From Eledone cirrhosa (taxonomy: Eukaryota): DNA of 64,000 nt. Positions 1-12,200 of this stretch are shown in pieces; within the stretch, counting starts at the first letter, position 1, and each line of letters starts with the position of its first letter. The stretch lies in assembly GCA_964016885.1 (NCBI GenBank), contig OZ024741.1, positions 409,882,001 through 409,946,000 of the forward strand. The letters are read 5' to 3'. Under the pieces are notes generated by a model. That model saw only the letters and a list, made by a program, of their open reading frames with translations. It did no database searches and was not told where the DNA came from. Position numbers and translations under genes: made by a program.

Positions 1-3000
1 CCTGTATATCTGGTTTACAATAGGTACACTGTATCCCTGTGTATATCAGGTTTACAATAGGTACACTGTATCCCTGTGTACATCTGGTTTACAATAGGTA
101 CACTGTATCCCAGTGAGTATCTGGTTTACAATAGGTACACTGTATACCTGTGTATATCAGGTTTACAATAGGTACACTGTATCTCAGTGTATATCAGGTT
201 TACAATTGGTACACAGTATCCCTGTGTATATCAGGTTTACAATAGGTACACAGTATCGCTGTATATCTGGTTTACAATAGGTACACTGTCTCCCTGTGTA
301 TATCTGGTTTACAATAGGTACACTGTATCCCTGGGTATATCGGGTTTATAATAGGTACACTGTATCACTGTGTATATCTGGTTTACAATAGGTACACTGT
401 ATCCCAGTGTGTATCTGGTTTACAATAGGTACACTGTATCCCTGTGTATATCAGGTTTACAATAGGTACACTGTATCCCTGTGTATCTGGTTTACAATAG
501 GTACACTGTATCCCAGTGTATATCTGGTTTACAATAGGTACACTGTATGCCTGTGTATATCAGGTTTACTATAGGTACACTGTATCCCTGTGTATATCTG
601 GTTTTCAATAGGTACACTGTATCCTTGTGTTATATCTGGTTTACAATAGGTACACTGTATCCCTGGGTATATCTGGTTTACAATAGGTACACTGTATCCC
701 TGTGCATATCAGGTTTACAATAGCTACCCTGTATCCCAGTATATATCTGGTTTACAATAGGTACACTGTATCCCAGTGTGTATCAGGTTTACAATAGGTA
801 CACTGTATCACTGTATATATCTGGTTTTCAATAGGTACACTGTATCTCTGTGTATATCTAGTTTACAATAGGTACACTGAATCCCTGTCTATATCTGGTT
901 TACAATAGGTACACTGTATCCCTGGGTATATCTGGTTTACAATAGGTACACTGTATCCCTGTGTATATCAAGTTTACAATAGGTATACTGTATCCCTGTG
1001 TATATCAAGTTTACAATAGGTACACTGTATCCCTGTGTATATCTGGTTTACAATAGGTACACTGTATCCCTGTATATCAGGTTTACAATAGGTACACTGT
1101 ATCCCTGTGTATCTGGTTTACAATAGGTACACTGTATCCCTGGGTATATCTGGTTTACAACAGGTACACTGTATCCCTGGGTATATCAGGTTTACAATAG
1201 GTACACTGTATCCTGATGTATATCTGGTTTACAATAGGTACACTGTATTCCAGTATATATCTGGTTTACACTAGGTACACTGTATCCCTGGGTATATCTG
1301 GTTTACAATAGGTACACTGAATCCCTGTATATCTGGTTTACAATAGGTACACTGTATCCCAGTGTATATCTGGTTTACAATAGGTACACTGTATCCCTGT
1401 GTATATCTGGTTTACAATAGGTACACTGTATCCCTGTGTATATCTAGTTTACAATAGGTACACTGTATCCCTGGGTATATCAGGTTTACAATAGGTACAC
1501 TGTATCCCTGTGTATATCTGGTTTACAATAGGTACACTGTATCCATGGGTATATCTGGTTTACAATAGGTACACTGTATCCCTGTATATCAGGTTTACTA
1601 TAGGTATACTGTATCCCTGTGTATATCTGGTTTACAATAGGTACACTGTATCCCTGTGTATATCTTGTTTACAATAGGTACACTGTATCCCTGGGTATAT
1701 CGGGTTTATAATAGGTACACTGTATCCCTGTGTATCTGGTTTACAATAGGTACACTGTATCCCTGGGTATATCTGGTTTACAATAGGTACACTGTATCCC
1801 TGGGTATATCAGGTTTACAATAGGTACACTGTATCCCTGTGTATATCTGGTTTACAATAGGTACACTCTATCCATGGGTATATCTGGTTTACAATAGGTA
1901 AACTGTATCCCTGTATATCAGGTTTACTATAGGTACACTGTATCCCTGTGTATATCTGGTTTACAATAGGTACACTGTATCCCAGTGTATATCTGGTTTA
2001 CAATAGGTACACTGTATCCCTGGGTATATCGGGTTTATAATAGGTACACTGTATCACTGTGTATATCTGGTTTACAATAGGTACACTGTATCCCAGTGTG
2101 TATCAGGTTTACTATAGGTACACTGTATCCCTGTGTATATCTGGTTTTCAATAGGTACACTGTATCCTTGTGTTATATCTGGTTTACAATAGGTACACTG
2201 TATCTCAGTGTATGTCTGGTCTACGATAGGTACACTGTATCCCAGTGTATATCTGGTTTACAATAGGTTCACTGTATCCCTGTGTATATCAGGTTTACTA
2301 TAGGTACACTGTATCCCTGTGTATATCTGGTTTTCAATAGGTACACTGTATCCTTGTGTTATATCTGGTTTACAATAGGTACACTGTATCCCTGTGTATA
2401 TCTGGTTTACAATAAGTACACTGTATCCCTGGGTATATCTGGTTTACAATAGGTACACTGTATCCCTGTGCATATCAGGTTTACAATAGCTACCCTGTAT
2501 CCCAGTATATATCTGGTTTACAATAGGTACACTGTATCCCAGTGTGTATCAGGTTTACGATAGGTACACTGTATCACTGTATATATCTGGTTTTCAATAG
2601 GTACACTGTATCTCTGTGTATATCTAGTTTACAATAGGTACACTGAATCCCTGTCTATATCTGGTTTACAATAGGAACACTGTATCCCTGGGTATATCTG
2701 GTTTACAATAGTTACACTGTATCCCTGTGTATATCAAGTTTACAATAGGTACACTGTATCCCTGTGTATATCAAGTTTACAATAGGTACACTGTATCCCT
2801 GTGTATATCTGGTTTACAATAGGTACACTGTATCCCTGTATATCAGGTTTACAATAGGTACACTGTATCCCTGTGTATCTGGTTTACAATAGGTACACTG
2901 TATCCCTGGGTATATCAGGTTTACAATAGGTACACTGTATCCTGATGTATATCTGGTTTACAATAGGTACACTGAATCCCTGTATATCTGGTTTACAATA

Positions 3001-4550
3001 GGTACACTGTATCCCAGTGTATATCTGATTTACAATAGGTACACTGTATCCCTGTGTATATCTGGTTTACAATAGGTACACTGTATCTCTGTGTATATCT
3101 AGTTTACAATAGGTACACTGTATCCCTGTGTATATCTGGTTTACAATAGGTACACTGTATCCCTGTGTATATCTGGTTTACAATAGGTACACTGAATCCC
3201 TGTATATCTGGTTTACAATAGGTACACTGTATCCCTGTGTATATCTAGTTTACAATAGGTACACTGTATCCCTGTGTATATCTGGTTTACAATAGGTACA
3301 CTGAATCCCTGTATATCAGGTTTACAATAGGTACACTGTATCCCTGTGTACATCTGGTTTACAATAGGTACACTGTATCCCAGTGAGTATCTGGTTTACA
3401 ATAGGTACACTGTATCCCTGTATATCTGGTTTACAATAGGTACACTGTATCCCTGTGTATATCTGGTTTACAATAGGTACACTGTATCCCTGTATATCTG
3501 GTTTACAAAAGGTACACTGTATCCCTGTGTATGTCAGGTTTACAATAGGTACACTGTATCCATGTGTATATCTGGTTTACAATAGGTACACTGTATCCCT
3601 GTGTATATCTGGTTTACAATAGGTACACTGTATCCCTGTATATCTGGTTTACAAAAGGTACACTGTATCCCTGTGTATGTCAGGTTTACAATAGGTACAC
3701 TGTATCCCTGTGTATATCTGGTTTACAATAGGTACACTGTATCCCTGTGTATATCTGGTTTACAATAGGTACTCTGTGTCCCTGGGTATATCTGGTTTAC
3801 AATAAGTACACTGTATGCCTGTGTATATCTGGTTTACAATAGGTACACTGTATCCCTGGGTATATCTGGTTTACAATAGGTACACTGTATCCCTGTGTAT
3901 ATCAGGTTTACAATAGTTACACTGTATCCCTGTGTATATCAGGTTTACTATAGGTACACTGTATCCCTGTGTATATCTGGTTTTCAATAGGTACACTGTA
4001 TCCTTGTGTTATATCTGGTTTACAATAGGTACACTGTATCCCTATATATCTGGTTTACAATAAGTACACTGTATCCCTGGGTATATCTGGTTTACAATAG
4101 GTACACTGTATCCCTGTGTATATCAGGTTTACAATAGCTACCCTGTATCCCAGTATATATCTGGTTTACAATAGGTACACTGTATCCCAGTGTGTATCAG
4201 GTTTACAATAGCTACTCTGTATCCCAGTATATATCTGGTTTACAATTGGTACACTGTATCCCTGTATATCTGGTTTACAATAGGTACACTGTATCCCTGT
4301 GTATATCAGGTTTACAATAGGTACACTGTATCCCAGTGTATATCAGGTTTACTATAGGTACACTGTATCCCTGTGTATATCTGGTTTACAATAGGTACAC
4401 TGTATCCCTGTATATCTGGTTTACAATAGGTACACTGTATCCCTGGGTATATCTGGTTTACAATAGGTACACTGTATCCCTGTTTATATCTGTTTTACAA
4501 TAGGTACACTGTATCCCTGTGTGAATCTGGTTTACAATAGGTACACTGTA
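1..4550. repeat. 37-bp tandem satellite/minisatellite array, upstream intron (about 124 monomers, truncated by the window start)
   Basis: Continuous head-to-tail copies of TATCCCTGTGTATATCTGGTTTACAATAGGTACACTG, ending abruptly at ...ggtacactgta|ctcttgc (4550/4551). Variants such as ccctgtatatc (35-mer), cctgggta, cccagtgta and tagctaccctg are common. Confidence 0.98.
560..2900. repeat. Internal duplication in the upstream array, offset 1766 bp
   Basis: tagctaccctg at 721 and 2487 and the paired atcaagttt monomers at about 967 and 2733 recur in the same order; a partial third copy lies near 3940-4200. Confidence 0.75.
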
Positions 4551-4777
4551 CTCTTGCTTGTTGTAAGAGGCCATTAAGAGCGTTTTTTTCCAGGGTGGGC
4601 ATCTTGATGTAACACATTACCTTAAAACGGACTTGATGTTGAGTTGGAAATCTGTTGTGGGGTCCACAAGCCCTGCTTTAGTATATATCTTGTTTCCCCC
4701 AAATTCTGACCTCATTTGTATATAAGAAGTTTATTAATGTATCACTTTATTGACTGAACTATTTCATTTCTTTCTAG
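4551..4777 (+). other. Unique 3' end of the upstream intron (227 nt)
   Basis: Non-repetitive sequence between the array end and the acceptor AG; becomes more AT-rich towards the exon. Confidence 0.85.
4748..4777 (+). promoter_or_regulatory. 3' splice site: candidate branch point, polypyrimidine tract and AG
   Basis: tattgactgaac (TTGAC, A at 4753), then ctatttcatttctttctAG with AG at 4776-4777, directly before the conserved peptide begins. Confidence 0.85.
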
Positions 4778-4986
4778 GTAGCCCAGAACCATTAGTATTT
4801 CATGCACCTCAGGCATTCTTTGATTGTTTACAGCAGAGAATCTCGTCTGGAAATAAGAAGAAACGTTTACCAAACTATACAACGGGGTTCGTTCGTAAAG
4901 ATGCTCTCCCTTTAGGGATGTTTACTAAATATACTTGGCACATCACAAATATATTACAAGTGAAACAGATATTTGACACATCAGAT
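4778..4986 (+). CDS. C2orf42: Internal coding exon (209 nt, phase 1 to phase 0) of a C2orf42 homologue (conserved, largely uncharacterised metazoan protein)
   Basis: Translates as (G)[69 protein letters not shown]. This closely matches my recollection of human C2orf42 (...[68 protein letters not shown]...). It is bounded by canonical AG and GTAAGT. Identification is from memory, not a database search. Confidence 0.88.
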
Positions 4987-4992
4987 GTAAGT
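4987..4992 (+). promoter_or_regulatory. 5' splice donor GTAAGT
   Basis: Perfect U2-type intronic consensus GAT|GTAAGT at a codon boundary, where similarity to C2orf42 ends. Confidence 0.9.
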
Positions 4993-7900
4993 AAATTCTG
5001 CTGTGTGTTTCTAGCTTAGAAGAGGTACACTGATTCTGTGTGTATACCTGATTTACGATAGGTACACTGTATCCCTGTGTATATCTAGTTTACAATAGGA
5101 ACACTGTATCCCAGTGTATATCTAGTTTAAAATAGGTACACTGTATCCCTGTGTATATCTGGTTTACAATAGGTACACTGTATCCCTGTGTATATCTGGT
5201 TTACAATAGGTACACTGTATCCCAGTGTATATCTGGTTTACAATAGGTACACTGTATCCCTCTGTATCTGGTTTACAATAGGTACACTGTATCCCTGTGT
5301 ATATCTGGTTTATAATAGGTACACTGTATCCCTGTGTATATCTAGTTTACAATAGGTACACTGTATCCCTGTGGTGTATTTGGTTTACGATAGGGACACT
5401 GTATCCCTATGGTGTATTTGGTTTACAATAGGTACACTGTATCCCTGTGTATATCAGGTTTACAATAGGTACACTGTATCCCTGTGTATATCAGGTTTAC
5501 AATAGGTACACTGTATCCCTGTGTATATCAGGTTTACAATAGGTACACTGTATCCCTGTTTATCTGGTTTACAATAGGAACACTGTATCCCTCTGTATAT
5601 CTGGTTTATAATAGGTACACTGTATCCCTGTGTGTATCTGGTTTACAATAGGTACACTGTATCCCTGTGTATATCTGGTTTACAATAGGTACACTGTATC
5701 CCTGTGTATATCTGGTTTACAATAGGTACACTGTATCCCTGTGTATATCTGGTTTACAATAGGTACACTATCCCTGTGTATATCTGGTTTACAATAGGTA
5801 CACTGTATCCCTGTGTATATCTAGTTTACAATAGGTACACTGTATCCCTGGGTATATCTGGTTTACAATAGGTACACTGTATCTCAGTGTATATCTCGTT
5901 TACAATAGGTACACTGTATCCCTGTGTATATCTGGTTTACAATAGGTACACTGTATCCCTGTGTATATCAGGTTTACAATAGGTACACTGTATCCCTGTG
6001 TATATCTGGTTTACAATAGGTACCCTGTATCCCAGTGTATATCTGGTTTACAATAGGTACACTGTATCACTGTGTATATCTAGTTTACAATAGGTACCCT
6101 GTATCCCAGTGTATATCTGGTTTACAATAGGTACACTGTATCCCTGTGTATATCTGGTTTACAATAGGTACACTGTATCCCTGTGTATATCAGGTTTACA
6201 ATAGGTACACTGTATCTCAGTGTATATCTCGTTTACAATAGGTACACTGTATCCCTGTGTATATCTGGTTTACAATAGGTACACTGTATCCCTGTGTATA
6301 TCAGGTTTACAATAGGTACACTGTATCCCTGTGTATATCTGGTTTACAATAGGTACCCTGTATCCCAGTGTATATCTGGTTTACAATAGGTACACTGTAT
6401 CACTGTGTATATCTAGTTTACAATAGGTACCCTGTATCCCAGTGTATATCTGGTTTACAATAGGTACACTGTATCCCTGTGTATATCTGGTTTACAATAG
6501 GTACACTGTATCCCTGTGTATATCTGGTTTACAATAGGTACACTGTATCCCTGTGTATATCTGATTTACAATAGGTACACTGTATCCCTGTGTATATCTG
6601 ATTTACAATAGGTTCACTGTATCCCTGTGTATATCTGGTTTACAATAGGTACACTGTATCCCTGTGTATATCTGGTTTACAATAGGTACACTGTATCCCT
6701 GTGTATATCTGGTTTACAATAGGTACACTGTATCCCTGTGTATATCTGGTTTACAATAGGTACACTGTATCCCTATGTATATCTGGTTTACAATAGGTAC
6801 ACTATCCCTGTGTATATCTGGTTTACAATAGGTACACTGTATCCCTGTGTATATCTAGTTTACAATAGGTACACTGTATCCCTGTGTATATCTAGTTTAC
6901 AATAGGTACACTGTATCCCTGTGGTGTATTTGGTTTACAGTAGGTACACTGTATCCCTGTGGTGTATTTGGTTTACAATAGGTACACTGTATCCCTGTGT
7001 ATGTCAGGTTTACAATAGGTACACTGTATCCCTGTGTATATCAGGTTTACAATAGGTACACTGTATCCCTGTGTATATCAGGTTTACAATAGGTACACTG
7101 TATCCCTGTTTATCTGGTTTACAATAGGTACACTGTATCCCTCTGTATATCTGGTTTATAATAGGTACCCTGTATCCCAGTGTATATCTGGTTTACAATA
7201 GGTACACTGTATCCCTGTGTATATCTAGTTTACAATAGGTACACTGTATCCCTGTGTGTATCTGGTTTACAATAGGTACACTGTATCCCTGTGTATATCT
7301 GGTTTACAATAGGTACACTGTATCCCTGTGTATATCTGGTTTACAATAGGTACACTGTATCCCTGTGTATATCTGGTTTACAATTGGTACACTATCCCTG
7401 TGTATATCTGGTTTACAATAGGTACACTGTATCCCTGTGTATATCTAGTTTACAATAGGTACACTGTATCCCTGGGTATATCTGGTTTACAATAGGTACA
7501 CTGTATCTCAGTGTATATCTCGTTTACAATAGGTACACTGTATCCCTGTGTATATCTGGTTTACAATAGGTACACTGTATTCCTGTGTATATCAGGTTTA
7601 CAATAGGTACACTGTATCCCTGTGTATATCTGGTTTACAATAGGTACACTGTATCACTGTGTATATCTAGTTTACAATAGGTACCCTATATCCCAGTGTA
7701 TATCTGGTTTACAATAGGTACACTGTATCCCTGTGTATATCTGGTTTACAATAGGTACACTGTATCCTTGTGTTATATCTGGTTTACAATAGGTACACTG
7801 TATCCCTGTGTATATCTGGTTTACAATAGGTACACTGTATCCCTGTGTATATCTGATTTACAATAGGTACACTGTATCCCTGTGTATATCTAGTTTACAA

Positions 7901-8199
7901 TAGGTACACTGTATCCCTGGGTATATCTGGTTTACAATAGGTACACTATCCCTGTGTATATCTGGTTTACAATAGGTACACTGTATCCCTGTGTATATCT
8001 GGTTTACAATAGGTACACTGTATCCCTGGGTATATCAGGTTTACAATAGATACACTGTATCCCTGGGTATATCTGGTTTACAATAGGTACACTGTATCCC
8101 CGTGTGTATCTGGTTTACAATAGGTACACTGTATCCCCGTGTGTATCTGGTTTACAATAGGTACACTGTATCCCTGTGTATATCTTGTTTATAATAGGT

Positions 8200-9200
8200 A
8201 GACTGTATCCTTGTGTTATATCTGGTTTACAATAGGTACACTGTATCCCTGTGTATATCTGGTTTACAACAGGTACACTGTATCCCTCTGTATATCTGGT
8301 TTACAATAGGTACACTGTATCCCTGTGTATATCTTGTTTATAATAGGTAGACTGTATCCTTGTGTTATATATGGTTTACAATAGGTACACTGTCTCCCTG
8401 GGTATATCTGGTTTACAATAGGTACACTGTATCCCTGTGTATATCTGGTTTACAATAGGTACACTGTATCCTTGTGTATATCTGGTTTACAATAGGTACA
8501 CTGTATCCCTGTGTATATCTGGTTTATAATAGGTACACTATCCCTGTGTATATCTGGTTTACAATAGGTACACTATCTCTGTGTATATCTGGTTTATAAT
8601 AGGTACACTGTATCCCTGTGTATATCTCGTTTACAATAGGTACACTGTATCCCTGTGTATATCTGGTTTACAATAGGTACACTGTATCCTTGTGTTATAT
8701 CTGGTTTACAATAGGTACACTGTATCCCTGTGTATATCTGGTTTACAACAGGTACACTGTATCCCTCTGTATATCTGGTTTACAATAGGTACACTGTATC
8801 CCTGTGTATATCTTGTTTATAATAGGTAGACTGTATCCTTGTGTTATATCTGGTTTACAATAGGTACACTGTCTCCCTGGGTATATCTGGTTTACAATAG
8901 GTACACTGTATCCCTGTGTATATCTGGTTTACAATAGGTACACTGTATCCTTGTGTATATCTGGTTTACAATAGGTACACTGTATCCCTGTGTATATCTG
9001 GTTTATAATAGGTACACTATCCCTGTGTATATCTGGTTTACAATAGGTACACTATCTCTGTGTATATCTGGTTTATAATAGGTACACTGTATCCCTGTGT
9101 ATATCTCGTTTACAATAGGTACACTGTATCCCTGTGTATATCTGGTTTACAATAGGTACACTGTATCCTTGTGTTATATCTGGTTTACAATAGGTACACT
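8200..9200. repeat. Tandem duplication of a 479-bp (13-monomer) unit
   Basis: ggtttacaacagg at 8261 and 8740, each followed by the same variants (ccctctg, cttgtttataataggtagac, tgtctccctggg, cactatctctg). Confidence 0.8.
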
Positions 9201-12200
9201 GTATCCCTGTGTATATCTGGTTTACAATAGGTATACTGTATCCCTGTGTATATCTGGTTTACAATAGGTACACTGTATCCCTGTGTATATCAGGTTTACA
9301 ATAGGTACACTGAATCCCTGTGTATATCTGGTTTACAATACGTACACTGTATCCCTGTGTATATCTGGTTTACAATAGGTACAGTGTATCCCAGTGTATA
9401 TCAGGTTTACAATAGGTATACTGTATCCCTGTGTATATATGGTTTACAATAGGTACACTGTATCCCTGTTTATATCAGGTTTACAATAGTTACACTGTAT
9501 CCCTGTGTATATCTGGTTTACAATAGGTACACTGTATCCCTGTGTATATCTGGTTTACAATAGGTACACAATCTATCCCTGTGTATATCTGGTTTACAAT
9601 AGGTACACTGTATCCCTGTGTGTATCTGGTTTACAATAGGTACATTGTATCCCTGTGTATATCTGGTTTACAATAGGTACACTGTATCCCTGTGTGTATC
9701 TGGTTTACAATAGGTACATTGTATCACTGTGTATATCAGGTTTACAATAGGTACACTGAATCCCTGTGTATATCTGGTTTACAATAGGTACACTGTATCC
9801 CTGTGTATATCTGGTTTACAATAGGTACATTGTATCCCTGTGTATATCTGGTTTACAATAGGTACACTATCCCTGTGTATATCTGGTTTACAATAGGTAC
9901 ACTGTATTCCTGTGTATATCTGGTTTACAAAAGGTACACTGTATCCTTGTGTTATATCTGGTTTACAATAGGTACACTGTATCCCTGTGTATATCTGGTT
10001 TACAATAGGTACACTGTATCCCTGTGTATATCTGATTTACAATAGGTACACTGTATCCCTGTGTATATCTGGTTTACAATAGGTACACTGTATCCCTGTG
10101 TATATCTGGTTTACAATAGGTACACTATCCCTGTGTATATCTGGTTTACAATAGGTACACTGTATCCCTGTGTATATCTAGTTTACAATAGGTACACTGT
10201 ATCCCTGGGTATATCTGGTTTACAATAGGTACACTATCCCTGTGTATATCTGGTTTACAATAGGTACACTGTATCCCTGTGTATATCTGGTTTACAATAG
10301 GTACACTGTATCCCTGTGTATATCTGGTTTACAATAGGTACACTGTATCCCTGTGTATATCTGGTTTACAATAGGTACACTGTATCCCTGTGTATATCTG
10401 GTTTACAATAGGTACACTATCCCTGTGTATATCTGGTTTACAATAGGTACACTGTATCCCTGTGTATATCTAGTTTACAATAGGTACACTGTATCCCTGG
10501 GTATATCTGGTTTATAATAGGTACACTGTATCCCTGTGTATATCTAGTTTACAATAGGTACATTGTATCCCTGTGTATATCTGGTTTACAATAGGTACAC
10601 TATCCCTGTGTATATCTGGTTTACAATAGGTACACTGTATCCCTGTGTATATCTGGTTTATAATAGGTACACTGTATCCCTGTGTATATCTAGTTTACAA
10701 TAGGTACACTGTATCCCTGTGGTGTATTTGGTTTACAATAGGTACACTGTATCCCTGTGTATATCAGGTTTACAATAGGTACACTGTATCCCTGTGTATA
10801 TCAGGTTTACAATAGGTACACTGTATCCCTGTGTATATCAGGTTTACAATAGGTACACTGTATCCCTGTTTATCTGGTTTACAATAGATACATTGTATCC
10901 CTGTGTATATCTGGTTTACAATAGGTACACTATCCCTGTGTATATCTGGTTTACAATAGGTACACTGTATCCCTGTGTATATCTGGTTTATAATAGGTAC
11001 ACTGTATCCCTGTGTATATCTTGTTTATAATAGGTAGACTGTATCCTTGTGTTATATCTGGTTTACAATAGGTACACTGTATCCCTGTGTATATCTGGTT
11101 TACAATAGGTACACTGTATCCCTGTGTATATCTGGTTTACAATAGGTACACTGTATCCCTGTGTATATCTTGTTTATAATAGGTAGACTGTATCCTTGTG
11201 TTATATCTGGTTTACAATAGGTACACTGTCTCACTGGGTATATCTGGTTTACAATAGGTACACTGTATCCCTGTGTATATCTGGTTTACAATAGGTACAC
11301 TGTATCCTTGTGTATATCTGGTTTACAATAGGTACACTGTATCCCTGTGTATATCTGGTTTATAATAGGTACACTATCCCTGTGTATATCTGGTTTACAA
11401 TAGGTACACTATCCCTGTGTATATCTGGTTTATAATAGGTACACTGTATCCCTGTGTATATCTCGTTTACAATAGGTACACTGTATCCCTGTGTATATCT
11501 GGTTTACAATAGGTACACTGTATCCTTGTGTTATATCTGGTTTACAATAGGTACACTGTATCCCTGTGTATATCTGGTTTACAATAGGTATACTGTATCG
11601 CTGTGTATATCTGGTTTACAATAGGTACACTGTATCCCTGTGTATATCTGGTTTACAATAGGTACACTGTATCCCTGTGTATATCAGGTTTACAATAGGT
11701 ACACTGAATCCCTGTGTATATCTGGTTTACAATACGTACACTGTATCCCTGTGTATATCTGGTTTACAATAGGTACAGTGTATCCCAATGTATATCAGGT
11801 TTACAATAGGTATACTGTATCCCTGTGTATATATGGTTTACAATAGGTACACTGTATCCCTGTTTATATCAGGTTTACAATAGGTACACTGTATCCCTGT
11901 GTATATCTGGTTTACAATAGGTACACTGTATCCCTGTGTATATCTGGTTTACAATAGGTACACTGTATCCCTGTGTATATCTGGTTTACAATAGGTACAC
12001 TGTATCCCTGTGTGTATCTGGTTTACAATAGGTACATTGTATCCCTGTGTATATCAGGTTTACAATAGGTACACTGAATCCCTGTGTATATCTGGTTTAC
12101 AATAGGTACACTGTATCCCTGTGTATATCTGGTTTACAATAGGTACATTGTATCCCTGTGTATATCTGGTTTACAATAGGTACACTATCCCTGTATATAT

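Noticed and set aside
4583-4593. Second acceptor-like site tttttttccAG
   Set aside because: An exon starting here would meet in-frame stops before reaching the conserved frame and shows no recognisable protein similarity.
4778-4781. Alternative acceptor AG at 4780-4781 (tag|gtag|c)
   Set aside because: It lies 4 nt downstream of the first AG and changes phase. The first AG after the pyrimidine tract preserves the conserved Gly. Minor use cannot be excluded without RNA data.
4750-5019. 89-aa ORF as a standalone gene
   Set aside because: The TTG start and MTELFHFFL come from the branch/polypyrimidine region, and [10 protein letters not shown] is read-through past the GTAAGT donor. Only 4778-4986 is plausibly coding.
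9561-9590. Odd unit taggtacacaatctatccct as a possible insertion footprint
   Set aside because: A single event of a few bp with no target-site duplication or terminal repeats; more likely a local repair scar or sequencing error.
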